Below, piece after piece: positions 40,196-49,942 of a DNA stretch of 64,000 bases. Both the position numbers and the translations under genes were made by a program. The stretch spans positions 1,056,001 to 1,120,000 of the forward strand of contig OZ242358.1 in the NCBI GenBank assembly GCA_965208835.1, written 5' to 3'. Origin of the DNA: Candidatus Latescibacterota bacterium. GTDB lineage: Bacteria > Latescibacterota > UBA2968 > GCA-2709665. The notes under the pieces were generated by a model that saw only the letters and a list, made by a program, of their open reading frames with translations, did no database searches and was not told where the DNA came from. Every line of letters begins with the position of its first letter. Position 1 is the first letter of the stretch.

Positions 40196-41083
40196 ATGGA
40201 TCTCTTGAAACTCATGAGCCGATTTTCTACACAACAGGAGTGTATCGCCTATTTGGAGAAGGTGCGTTTCAAAGGTGAGCCCTACTGTCCGCTCTGTGGC
40301 ACTGTGGGTGAGTGTGCCCGGAAGAAAGAGAATAAGTTAGTCGGTAGGTGGAATTGTTATGCTTGTGGAAGTTCCTTTAATGTCTTGTCGAAGACGATGT
40401 TTCAGAAGACACGTATTCCGTTGCCCAAGTGGTTTGCGGCCATTGTGTTGATGCTGAACGCGAAAAAGTCAATATCCTCGTACCAACTTGGCCGAGATAT
40501 CGGAGTCTTACCGATGACAGCGTTCCGGATGCAGCGGAAGATCCGGCAACAGATGCAGACCAGCGAGGGCTCACAACTATTAAAGGGTATCGTTGAAGTC
40601 GACGAAACGCATGTCGGCGGTGGGCCTCGCGGACACAGACGTTGGCGGGAGCGGTGGGAGAGTACGAAGGTGCCGGTATTAGGGTTTGTGGAACGAGCCG
40701 GTAGAGTTGTAATGGTGATAATAGACTACCCGAATGCCGATAATATCGTCCCTCTCGTGAATCAGCAAGTAAAGGCGAATTCCCGATTAATGACAGATCA
40801 GGCTTATCACTACAGGCAGGTTAAGGAGTCTTTGAAACATGAATCTGTAAATCACGGTATTACCTATGTTCGAGGTGAGGTCCACACCAATACGATCGAG
40901 GGTGTCTGGTCCTTATTGAAACGGGCGTTTAACGGAACTCATCACCACTACTCGAAGAAATGGATGCCATTGTATCTGGCCGAGGCGGCCTATAAGTACA
41001 ATGTACGGAAGATCAAGGACACCTGGGGTCAATTTATGAGAAAGGTGTTTCGGTATCTACTGCACTGGCCGGGATATACGTAA
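40196..41083 (+). CDS. IS1595-family transposase
   Basis: Zn ribbon CPLC..CYAC, HTH, VEVDET, LMTD, VNH, HTNTIEGVWSLLKR. Confidence 0.95.
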   Translation: MDLLKLMSRFSTQQECIAYLEKVRFKGEPYCPLCGTVGECARKKENKLVGRWNCYACGSSFNVLSKTMFQKTRIPLPKWFAAIVLMLNAKKSISSYQLGRDIGVLPMTAFRMQRKIRQQMQTSEGSQLLKGIVEVDETHVGGGPRGHRRWRERWESTKVPVLGFVERAGRVVMVIIDYPNADNIVPLVNQQVKANSRLMTDQAYHYRQVKESLKHESVNHGITYVRGEVHTNTIEGVWSLLKRAFNGTHHHYSKKWMPLYLAEAAYKYNVRKIKDTWGQFMRKVFRYLLHWPGYT

Positions 41084-41617
41084 TATCTCACTTAGGGGAT
41101 TAGCGGATTCTTTGACTGACACACCACGACGACTTGGGTGGGGAACTGGGATATGTTCAATTTCAAACCGATTACAGACTCTATGTACAACCCCACCCAG
41201 GGCAATAACGGGGCGTCCATCAAGTTCGTGTATTGTAATCTCTTGGAAAGATTCGCAAACGTGTTCAAATATGATGGTTTGGCTTTTGTCGGTTTCTGGC
41301 AATAGATGAAAGGCTTGTGTGATGTATACGTCGGCACGGTCCATTTCCGCACATTTCAATGCCTCATCTAGAACTTTATTAAAACGTGAGAAAATATCGT
41401 ATCCGCATTCTAATAGCAGGTCTTTTTTCTGAAGTACGTTTCTTGCGCTGTTCCAGTGATACCCGATTAATATGGGACCGGTTGTGCTATTCGAGATCTT
41501 CTGAATTGGTGAAACATAGTCTCCGTCTAAGCCGACTTCTGTCAATGTCTTGTATCCGAACCCTGGAATACTGAATGCTCTCCGACGCGCAATAATCTCC
41601 TTCCGCGACAATTGCAT
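41057..41617 (-). CDS. Uracil-DNA glycosylase-superfamily-like cargo protein, copy A
   Basis: VYITQA, VIALG and VPHPS motifs; close paralog at 52431. Confidence 0.65.
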   Translation of the reverse strand: MQLSRKEIIARRRAFSIPGFGYKTLTEVGLDGDYVSPIQKISNSTTGPILIGYHWNSARNVLQKKDLLLECGYDIFSRFNKVLDEALKCAEMDRADVYITQAFHLLPETDKSQTIIFEHVCESFQEITIHELDGRPVIALGGVVHRVCNRFEIEHIPVPHPSRRGVSVKESANPLSEILRISRPVQ

Positions 41618-41951
41618 AATGCAATCCTCCCCGCTTAGGTCCTGCGTTATTTGGTGACTGGTAGCGGGGTAAATTTAAATTACATCATGTATTTTGTCAA
41701 TAGGTTGAATCATGTGTTGTTGACTTGGGTCGGTGTATTTTTTATATTCGTAATTGCTACCAATCAGGCAGCCCCGAAGGTCGGGTAGCTTGCCGAATAC
41801 AATAGCCGACTCAAAGGGATGGGGTCGCTCCCTGTCCTCGGTGAATAAGCAAGACCTTCCCGCTTTCCTGCGTGATTGGTAGCACTGCCCGGCACCCATT
41901 TATGGGTGAAACAGTGCTACCATTTTTCTGTACACAGGGGAGAGGATTGTT

Positions 41952-42200
41952 ATGTTTTGGCTTAGACGAAATCGGACATTTAAATTAGAGGCGTCAGCGA
42001 CAGAATTAGCTTTATCTAATTTTTTAACTATTTACGATTTGCTCAGTATTCTTGATAAATCAACAGCTCGGGCAGTGGCGAAACGTATTAGACAACAAGC
42101 GGTAATGATAGATTCGATTGTTTTGAAAGCGAACCAAGAGTGTATAACCAAGACTGGGATTGAAACTATACGAAGGTTGTTATTGGAGGCATGTAAGTAG
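41952..42200 (+). CDS. Small helical cargo protein (82 aa)
   Basis: GAGG RBS; weak resemblance to 50355-50582 and 53413-53658. Confidence 0.6.
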   Translation: MFWLRRNRTFKLEASATELALSNFLTIYDLLSILDKSTARAVAKRIRQQAVMIDSIVLKANQECITKTGIETIRRLLLEACK

Positions 42201-42341
42201 TAACAAGGTAGATTATTTGATAGGAAAAGGGAGCGTAAAAAACAACCTTGTCTTTTAATTTCTTAATACTTACATTATAAAAGTTTTATAGGTCAGACCC
42301 CCCACCGCCCCAAAAGCAAAAGCCTATAAGGTAGTATTACC

Positions 42342-42507
42342 GCTGCTTTAGCGTGCGTGCCGGCAACCGTGTGTCGCTGGAGAGACGGGGTTGCGGGTTG
42401 TGTACCTTTGCCCGGTGTCGGTAAAGGCTGGCTCGCGGCACGCAAAGGACCTGACAGGCACGCACAACGCCGACCATTGTCGCCAACACATTGGCTGCCT
42501 GTCTCAT
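42342..42507 (-). pseudogene. IS3-A OrfB N-terminal fragment
   Basis: MRQAANVLATMVGVVRACQVLCVPRASLYR, matching the IS3-B OrfB N-terminus. Confidence 0.85.
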
Positions 42508-42962
42508 GTGTCTTCGGCCCTCTCGCTGTTGTCGTTGTTCAACCCAAGCAGGTCTGAAAGTTTTTTTTGCACCTCAATGATCGCTTCGGCCTGCTCCAGC
42601 TTTTTCGAAAGACGCGCATTCTCAACCCGCAACCGAGCCAACTGTTTCTGTGACGGATCTGCAGCGGGACGACCTCGCTTCTTCGTCTCCAGTTGCCCCT
42701 GGTCGCGCTGCATCCGCCACTTGCTCACATAGGACGAATACAATCCCTCGCGACGCAAGACCGCTCCGATCTCGCCGGGCCTTGTACACGCGTCGACCTG
42801 CTTGAGGATACGCAACTTGTATTGCTTCGTGAACCGACGACGCTTAGCCTTCACCACTACCTCCGCATCGGGAACCTGCTCGCACAGTCCCGAAACATCC
42901 GTCTCCACAACCGCATCCTGCTTCCCGTTTCGACCAGGCGTTGCTACCGATACATCCCTCAT
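42504..42962 (-). CDS. IS3-A OrfA
   Basis: RRRFTKQYKLRIL HTH; A8 slippery run at 42561-68. Confidence 0.9.
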   Translation of the reverse strand: MRDVSVATPGRNGKQDAVVETDVSGLCEQVPDAEVVVKAKRRRFTKQYKLRILKQVDACTRPGEIGAVLRREGLYSSYVSKWRMQRDQGQLETKKRGRPAADPSQKQLARLRVENARLSKKLEQAEAIIEVQKKLSDLLGLNNDNSERAEDT

Positions 42963-43040
42963 CGTCTGGCGCTCCTTTGCCCTCTCAATTGTTGCTTAAT
43001 TTAAAAAGGGAATATGTCTCATTAATATAGGCACAGAGGG

Positions 43041-43891
43041 ATCCCGTGATGCACGGAATCGGGTGTGAGCAAGCCCAAGCCGCTGTGACGGTGTTGGGTG
43101 TTGTACCAGGGAAAGAAGCCCTGGAAGTAGGTACGCGCTTCCTCCGGACCGGTGAAGCGCCCGGGGTATGACGGCGCGTATTTGAGTGTTTTGAATTGGC
43201 TTTCGGAATAGGGGTTGTCGTCCGATACACGAGGTCTGCTGTAGCTGGCCAGGATGTCGAGGTCGATCAGCATTTGCGAAAACGTCTTCGCCTTCATCGG
43301 TCCGCCGCGATCCTGGTGCAACGTCAGTTGTCCGGGTTGAATGCCCTGCTTCGTGGAGGCGTTGGTAATCAGGCGCTTGGCCAGCGTGGCGCTCTCCCTT
43401 TTGGCGACCATCCAGGCCACCACGTATCGCGAGAACAGATCCAGCACGACGTAGAGGGGATAGGACACCCATTTTCGGGGTCCCGGCAACCTTGTGATGT
43501 CCCACGTCCAGACCTGGTTGGGCGCACTGGCCACCAACCGGGGTGGTTCGAGACGTGGATGACGGCGCTGGTCGCGGCGCTCGCGCACTTCCTGGGCATC
43601 GTGAAGCAGCCGGTACATGGTGCGGGTCGAGCAGACATACCGTCCTTCCTCCAGCAGCACGGCATACACGGCTGCCGGTGCCCGGTCCACGAAGCGATCC
43701 TCGTGCAGGATGTCCAAGACCCGGAGACGCTCCTGTGGAGAAAGTGCACGGGGCGAAGACCGTCGCGACCGACCCGGACACGTTGGATGTGGCTTGCGAT
43801 GACGGTATACAGAGGCTCGCGCCACACCCAATGCCCGGCATGCTGAAGCCAACCCGACACTCGGGGCGAGATGTTCGGCCGCACGTATCAT
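43041..43891 (-). pseudogene. IS3-B OrfB transposase, 5' part
   Basis: WTWDIT, HQDRG, DNPYSE; cut by IS3-A. Confidence 0.9.
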
Positions 43892-44388
43892 ACGTCGTCG
43901 TCGGCCGGCGGGCGGTTCAGGGGGATGCCCAGGATCTCGGAGGCTTTTTTTTGGATCTCGAGGATGGTCTGCGCCTGTTCCAGTCGTCGCCGCAGCCGGG
44001 CGTTTTCCTTGCGCAGCTGCTCGTTCTCGACGGCGACCTCGTCACGACGCCGCCCCTTGGGTCCCCGCGGCTTGGATAGTGCCTTGAGCGTCCCCTCACG
44101 ACGCGCACGACGCCACTGGGTCAACTGCGAGGAATACAACCCCTCGCGACGCAGCAGCGCTCCGACTTCACCAGGGGCCCGGCACGCGTCCGCTTCTTCC
44201 AGGATGCGAAGCTTGTACCCGGCGGTGAACCGGCGACGCTTCGCACGCGCCGGCACCTCCGGATCCGGCCTCGTGGTTGTGGAGGTCCCGCGCGGGACCT
44301 CCACAACCAGAGTCCCCTTGCTGCCGTTGTCTCCAACATCGATTCTTGACCTCATCTCGTCCTCTCCTCTCCGCCCATTGTACGACAT
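43888..44388 (-). CDS. IS3-B OrfA
   Basis: RRRFTAGYKLRIL HTH; A8 run at 43945-52; start uncertain. Confidence 0.88.
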   Translation of the reverse strand: MSYNGRRGEDEMRSRIDVGDNGSKGTLVVEVPRGTSTTTRPDPEVPARAKRRRFTAGYKLRILEEADACRAPGEVGALLRREGLYSSQLTQWRRARREGTLKALSKPRGPKGRRRDEVAVENEQLRKENARLRRRLEQAQTILEIQKKASEILGIPLNRPPADDDV

Positions 44389-44433
44389 TAAACTCGGAGG
44401 GGGAGTTGTCTCACTCTATATTGGCACGTAGGG

Positions 44434-45226
44434 TGGCGTCGAGACACTCACTTACCCACCTCAGATCGAGACTCAAGAGGTCGGGGAAGAGATCGTTAGT
44501 ATGTTCGAGCAGATGAGTCTGATTCCCACGCTGTTTTTTGTTGACCCGTGGGGATACAAGGGGCTTTCGCTTCGGTTGGTGAATTCGGTGCTAAAGGACT
44601 GGGGCTGTGATTGTATTTTTTTCTTCAACTACAACCGAATCAATATGGGCCTGAATAACGAAGCGGTGCGGGAACATATGGATGCGTTATTTGGCGAAGA
44701 GAGAGCCGAAATCTTACGAGCGAGGCTTGACCAGCTAAGCCCGCGAGATCGTGAGTTGACCATTGTTGAGGAACTCTGCCAGGCAATTAGAGAATCAGGC
44801 CCGGGATTTGTGCTGCCGTTCAGGTTCAAGGACGATCACGGAACTCGAACAAGCCATCATCTGATCTTTGTCAGCAAGCACTCAAGGGGATACAAGATCA
44901 TGAAGGAAATCATGGCTAAAGAGTCGTCTGACAGGCAACAAGGCGTCGCGACGTTCGAATACAATCCCGCTGATCTCCGACAACCGTTTTTGTTTGGATA
45001 CGCACGTCCGCTTGACGACCTCGGTGACATGCTTCTAAAAGAATTCTCAGAAAAGACATTGAAAATGAAAGAGATATACGAACAGCATAACTTAAACACG
45101 CCCTACACTGCGAAGAACTATAAACAGGTATTGTTACAGTTGGAGCAAGAGAGGAAGATCGTCGCTGCCAAACATAGAAAAAATACGTTTGGCGATAACG
45201 TCGTCGTTACTTTTCCTCACCAATGA
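44434..45226 (+). pseudogene. tcmP: TcmP, 3' part
   Basis: GVETLTYPPQ...LFFVDPWGYKG; in frame with the 5' part after TSD removal. Confidence 0.85.
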
Positions 45227-45347
45227 CGGAAAACTCTGAACGGTGCGAGAGACAGTGAGGCACCCATCGCCGCCTTCACGACCCAAACCCATATCGGCGT
45301 TGTCCTAAGTTTCTACAGTTTTGGCAAGCGTAGACGATAGGAGGAAA

Positions 45348-45548
45348 ATGATGTTTGACATTGATGCGTTGCTCCAAAAAAACCCTTCTGCAAGAAGGGT
45401 TTTCGAGAAAAACCAGGCATTGCTATCGAAATGTCCACCAGCAAAAAAAGCGAAATTCCGACTTGGGGATCCGTACTCGGCTAGACGTCCGGTTGACGAT
45501 ATCCCTGTCAGCCAACCCAGGCCAAAGGCGACGTATTTCGGAAACTGA
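45348..45548 (+). CDS. Small hypothetical protein
   Basis: AGGAGG RBS before ATG at 45348. Confidence 0.5.
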   Translation: MMFDIDALLQKNPSARRVFEKNQALLSKCPPAKKAKFRLGDPYSARRPVDDIPVSQPRPKATYFGN

Positions 45549-45640
45549 AGTCCCTTGAGGGAACTACATAAAAGAAGCCGGGGCTGCCATAGCGCCGGCT
45601 GTCTTATTGGGGGTCTCACCGTCTATAGATCGAGGATGTG

Positions 45641-45841
45641 CTACGCTTCTAAAGCTTCTCGAATCGCTTTCTCCAAGCTTGGGCGAACTCTGTCCATGCT
45701 CCGACGGGCGGAGTCCTCTGCCATCTGCAGGATTTCCGCAAGCTCTTCGCCCGAAGGTTCAGGCGGAGTCACTTTATCACGCTTGGGACGCTTTGCCTCA
45801 CGTTTTCGCGCCGTCTTCGACAGATGTGATGTCAGCGCCAT
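45641..45841 (-). CDS. Small hypothetical protein
   Basis: AGGAGG RBS before ATG. Confidence 0.5.
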   Translation of the reverse strand: MALTSHLSKTARKREAKRPKRDKVTPPEPSGEELAEILQMAEDSARRSMDRVRPSLEKAIREALEA

Positions 45842-45917
45842 AGGGTGTCCTCCTATGTGAAGTTTCTATGGTCGGTTGAAAATGTGTGTCACTTTATATA
45901 GACAAGTAGAGTTATGG

Positions 45918-47243
45918 CTAAGGCCGCCATGAACGTGGTTGATGCCGGTAATTGATACCGGCGATCTTTTCTTCTTGGTCCTGCCAATAGTCGTGTACGA
46001 AAGCGACGATATGCACGGCATCCTCGACGACAATGTGGAGATGATTCTCGTAATACTTCGCGCGGGGGTATGTACGCCACCTGACGATTGGCCCCGGCAT
46101 TGACCACATGTTTTTATCACTGCGGAATACGTGGAGTTGGTCCGATGTCTCAAGCAGAATCCCAAAGTATGCCAGACCGGCCTTAATTACGTCGGCTTCT
46201 CTTATGAGCGGAACTGAACCAACAGAACCGAACGGAGATTCTCGGCGCGGTTGTTCGGCGTGATTCTTCGCCACTATGCCCGGGGGACTCGACGTACTGT
46301 CGGAAACCAGCAGCGCTTGAGGGGTCTCGGTTTCTGGCTCCGTGACGTTGTTCTGTACATACCGCATTATAGTCATTTCATTGCCGTGGATGCCGCAGAT
46401 CTTGTCTCCCGCGCCCCAACTCAATCCCGTCACGCTTCCAGTCTGAAGTATCTCGGATTCATCGATTTCGCGAACGAATTCCCGCCGGAGACGCCCCGAT
46501 CCGGTAGGATCGCGTTGCCAACGGAAGGCCAGCAGACACGATTCTCCAACCAGAGACGTGCTGTAGACACTGGCAAACACCCAGTCCGCATACGAAGAGT
46601 GTCGGCCCGTTAACTGGTTAACGCTGCCGTTTCTGTGGTTTGATTGTGGAAAGTACAGATTTCCACTGTTCGGAATATCATCGCGGGACCGGGGGTCGAA
46701 TTCGAAGAGCCCGTCGTCGCCAGCGGAAAGGGCGATTCCCCAGCGTGCCGCCGACGCCGAGAATGCTTGGGCGTCCCAATGCTTCTTCGGTCTGGAACTG
46801 ACTGGATAGCGCCGGTTATTTCTGTGTGCTGCGGCGGACCAGAATCCGTCATAGGTCACGAGATACAGGATATTGCTGAAGATCTCGGTATCTGTCGGAA
46901 GCTCCTTGACCGGATTGTCCTGTTCGCCATAAAGGGCTTCATTCAGTAATTCCGGAGTGATGACCGGAGTTTCCGCCCTGAGTCCCGCGAAATTCGCATT
47001 AAGAACCTTGCGATATCCGGGATCATCGAACACTGCGAGTACGTCAGGATGGTACAGCGAGTGTCCTCGCAACCAGGCCGCCTGGACTTCGAGAGACCGA
47101 CCGGCTTTTGGATATGCCAACTCGATCAGACTCTCCCAGTCGTACACGGAAAGGCGGCCATCATAATGCCAGAGATACAGGCGGCCACGATAGATCTGCA
47201 CATCCCAGAAATCCCCAGGAATCGAAAGCACTAAAGGTTGCAT
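45918..47243 (-). CDS. Hypothetical protein (441 aa, possibly beta-propeller-like)
   Basis: Long beta-rich ORF; start MQPL overlaps the upstream ORF end. Confidence 0.75.
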   Translation of the reverse strand: MQPLVLSIPGDFWDVQIYRGRLYLWHYDGRLSVYDWESLIELAYPKAGRSLEVQAAWLRGHSLYHPDVLAVFDDPGYRKVLNANFAGLRAETPVITPELLNEALYGEQDNPVKELPTDTEIFSNILYLVTYDGFWSAAAHRNNRRYPVSSRPKKHWDAQAFSASAARWGIALSAGDDGLFEFDPRSRDDIPNSGNLYFPQSNHRNGSVNQLTGRHSSYADWVFASVYSTSLVGESCLLAFRWQRDPTGSGRLRREFVREIDESEILQTGSVTGLSWGAGDKICGIHGNEMTIMRYVQNNVTEPETETPQALLVSDSTSSPPGIVAKNHAEQPRRESPFGSVGSVPLIREADVIKAGLAYFGILLETSDQLHVFRSDKNMWSMPGPIVRWRTYPRAKYYENHLHIVVEDAVHIVAFVHDYWQDQEEKIAGINYRHQPRSWRP

Positions 47244-47647
47244 CGCTTCCCTCCGGATATCTTCGTGATGTGGTGTTTCTCCAGGAGCCCTTGTGCGACC
47301 CAGACCTGAAGTACAGCGATAGGCGGACGATCCTTGGGTCGTCTCCGATAGTCCGCTGGATAGCCGTGCCAAATGGGCGTGGAACTGCCGTCAACAAACT
47401 TTCCGAAGAATAGTGATTCTCTGTAAACATTGATGCCGACAGTCCTGAGGCGACGACCACCAGACTCGGCCGCCCAGCAAGTCTGAGCTGGACTGCGCGC
47501 TGTTGGTAACGCAGCCTCAAATAAGGCTACTTCGTCATCGACCGGAATCGTCCACATGCAGCTCTCACGTGTCGGAAGTTTGCGGTGCTTTGGATGGATG
47601 AAATATCTGACATCTTTGCGGATACATATCGTATCACCAGGTTTCAT
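47231..47647 (-). CDS. Hypothetical protein with HPKH and WHGYP motifs
   Basis: 138 aa ORF coupled to the downstream gene. Confidence 0.7.
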   Translation of the reverse strand: MKPGDTICIRKDVRYFIHPKHRKLPTRESCMWTIPVDDEVALFEAALPTARSPAQTCWAAESGGRRLRTVGINVYRESLFFGKFVDGSSTPIWHGYPADYRRRPKDRPPIAVLQVWVAQGLLEKHHITKISGGKRCNL

Positions 47648-47842
47648 GGTAAGCGATTCTGCCTTTCGTCAATTTCTTCGTCGGTTCAACGACCGTTGAA
47701 TTTCACATTCATGACTGAAGGGTTGGGTAGTTATCTCGATCGAGAGGTTTTTTTGTTCCTACTTGAAATACGGTGAGTGTCTTTCGTAGTTGACCATGTC
47801 CGTCGTGCAGGGTGTTTCCCTCGATATTCCAGGCCGCAAGCG

Positions 47843-48077
47843 CTACATTGTATTACCGCAGCCCCTCCGCCAATCCTCGAAGTCGAGTTGGTTGCGAAGG
47901 AAGAGTTCGTATTGTTCGCCGTCGTCAGTGCTTGGATGGATGATTCCGTCCTCGCCATCGGTATCCAGGAATGCTTCCAATTCTCCTGGGTTAAGTACCG
48001 GAATTTTCATCACTGAGCGCCATCGTGCACGTGCTTCGTCGTAGACTTCGCCCCTGCGCAATTTCACGCTAAGATTG
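47843..48077 (-). pseudogene. AlbA/Schlafen-domain protein, 3' part
   Basis: Joins 56583 in frame (DDSVNL|SVKLRR) after TSD removal. Confidence 0.85.
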
Positions 48078-48227
48078 AGCACCTATATACTTGATTACCC
48101 GCGTGGTTTAAACGTAGGTGTTAGGGAACTAAGGGACAAGATTCATTTACTCAGTTTAAACTAAAAAACACAGCCCAGGGATATCCCTGGGCTTGTCTAA
48201 TGAAAAATAGAGAAATAAATTTATTGT

Positions 48228-48593
48228 TTATGCAGATTTAACCCTACGAGACAATTTATCTATATATGTACCCAAATGTGTGTTTAGAGATGAAAGTTCT
48301 TCAGAAATTTGTTTTAGGCACAAGAACATTTTTTCTTCAAGAGGGAGGGAACCTACACTCAACAATTCCTGAAAAAATATATCAATTTGGTGATCAGGAA
48401 TCACAATTGCCAATTCCCTTTGTTGAGCAGACTCAGATTTGTGTTCCAAGGTACCAGAACACAAAATTACCAAATCACGATTTGGTCCCAAAGCCAGCCG
48501 TACTTTTTGAAGGTTGGTCACCTGAAAGGATACGTGCGATACATCAAGCAATTGCAGAGTGTCGGCGTCATAGTCATCAGAAATAATAGACAT
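48228..48593 (-). CDS. Hypothetical cargo protein
   Basis: 121 aa ORF with RBS, directly downstream of 48611-49522. Confidence 0.65.
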   Translation of the reverse strand: MSIISDDYDADTLQLLDVSHVSFQVTNLQKVRLALGPNRDLVILCSGTLEHKSESAQQRELAIVIPDHQIDIFFQELLSVGSLPLEEKMFLCLKQISEELSSLNTHLGTYIDKLSRRVKSA

Positions 48594-48610
48594 TACTAGC
48601 TTCCTTATAT

Positions 48611-49522
48611 TCAGATAGGAAGTTCAGCTTGATCAGCGGCTGGTTCGTATTTAATTACTTTAACAATACCGTGTTGCGGATTTCCTCCTCTCCGAGTCTT
48701 ACCAATTATACGAACTATGGCCCTTAATTGATCTCCATTCCCACACTTAATCTCCCTATTTTTTATCTTTTCTCTAAACTCTTCATCAAGAATACGGAGT
48801 TGGTAACTCTGGCCTCGGTGTTGTATTCTCCAAGTATATTGATCTCTAAAAGCAGGACTAATCACCTCCATACCCCACATAAATTCATTCTTCGATTTAT
48901 TAATATCAGGAATATCCTTAATGTATTGATAATGTGTAATATCGCTTTTTTCAAATTTACAAGCAAATTGACCATTATCTGCTTTATTTATTTTAATTGA
49001 AGAGATATTTTCAGACTCAGTAATCTTAATAAAATCTTCAATATCAGTTCTTATTTTTTCATTTTCAAATATATCTTTTACCGCTGCTTCTGTTGTTATT
49101 ATCTCATCCTTAATATGAAATCTTGCATTACCTTCCGTATCTCGTGAAATTTTAGTTGGTTTTCGTGATCGCAATTCTGATAAAAGATTAAAAATTCCCT
49201 TGACTCTTTGTTGTGTTAAGTTATCGCGAACCAAATCTAATGCATTAACAGTCTTACTAGAAACTGCTTCTATTATTTCTGCACTATGGGACAATAATGA
49301 TCCTCCATATTCTACAAAGTTAATCAATAAATCAATTTCTAAACTACCTGGTCTAAATGCCTCAACTTCTAATTTGATCTTAATTTGTCTATTTGACACC
49401 ACACCCACAGTTTCTTGTATGATTGTATTCAATTTCATAAAAGCAGTTGCCACACAAAACACTTCTACAGAAGTGTTTTGTTTATTTTGTAATTCAAAAG
49501 CTATATTAAATCTCTTTTCCAT
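48611..49522 (-). CDS. Hypothetical cargo protein (possible C-terminal OB-fold)
   Basis: Long ORF in very AT-rich DNA; AFRPGSLEI and ILDEEF..GD.L motifs. Confidence 0.75.
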   Translation of the reverse strand: MEKRFNIAFELQNKQNTSVEVFCVATAFMKLNTIIQETVGVVSNRQIKIKLEVEAFRPGSLEIDLLINFVEYGGSLLSHSAEIIEAVSSKTVNALDLVRDNLTQQRVKGIFNLLSELRSRKPTKISRDTEGNARFHIKDEIITTEAAVKDIFENEKIRTDIEDFIKITESENISSIKINKADNGQFACKFEKSDITHYQYIKDIPDINKSKNEFMWGMEVISPAFRDQYTWRIQHRGQSYQLRILDEEFREKIKNREIKCGNGDQLRAIVRIIGKTRRGGNPQHGIVKVIKYEPAADQAELPI

Positions 49523-49607
49523 CAAACACTTTCCCAATAATTATCTTGCCAAAATCTATGTGTGGTCAATACCTACACCGACATTTTACAACACGCAAGA
49601 AGAAAAA

Positions 49608-49784
49608 TCAAGCCTTTTCATTACTATTCGACTGCAAAAACAACCACCCCACCTTTCCCCCGTGTTCCTTACAATTCGGAAACTGATCTCCCTTTACAAT
49701 CTTAGCTATATATCGACACGCACACCGAAAACCAAATACTCGATAATAACCGGTCACTTTACAAACTTCTCGTGAGAGTGGCAT
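49608..49784 (-). CDS. Small zinc-ribbon-like cargo protein (YjzC-like)
   Basis: TGYYR..C.C..KGDQFPNC..H..W pattern; GAGG RBS. Confidence 0.5.
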   Translation of the reverse strand: MPLSREVCKVTGYYRVFGFRCACRYIAKIVKGDQFPNCKEHGGKVGWLFLQSNSNEKA

Positions 49785-49792
49785 AAAAAACC

Positions 49793-49942
49793 TCACAATC
49801 GGCTAATCACCTCACGCAAATCTGGCAAGTTTTTATACACGTATATTCCAACACCAAGTATGAAAATGCAAACAAATAGTCGAAATATCCATATCAAAAT
49901 CTTGGAAATTTTAGAATCTGTCGTCCATTGATCCCGGCTCAT
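49793..49942 (-). CDS. Small single-pass membrane cargo protein
   Basis: One hydrophobic helix; AAGGGA RBS. Confidence 0.5.
   Translation of the reverse strand: MSRDQWTTDSKISKILIWIFRLFVCIFILGVGIYVYKNLPDLREVISRL

Larger units (their letters stand above)
39466..42341 (+). mobile_element. IS1595-family cargo element 1 (2876 bp)
   Basis: ~50 bp imperfect TIRs GG(C/T)AATAC(C/T)ACCTTATAGGCTTTTGC..; 8 bp TSD GCTGCTTT at 39458-65 and 42342-49. Confidence 0.93.
38562..43040 (-). mobile_element. IS3-family element A (middle), inserted in IS3-B orfB
   Basis: TSD ATC at 38559-61 and 43041-43; IRs TGTCAAGTAAAGTGAGACA / TGCCTATATTAATGAGACA; net length 1595 bp. Confidence 0.88.
38357..44433 (-). mobile_element. 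IS3-family element B (outer), inserted in tcmP
   Basis: TSD TGGC at 38353-56 and 44434-37; IRs TGTCAATAAGAATGAGACAACT / TGCCAATATAGAGTGAGACAACT; net length 1595 bp. Confidence 0.88.

Noticed and set aside
41754-41884. Retron msr-msd
   Set aside because: The inverted repeat resembles a1/a2, but the window has no reverse transcriptase.
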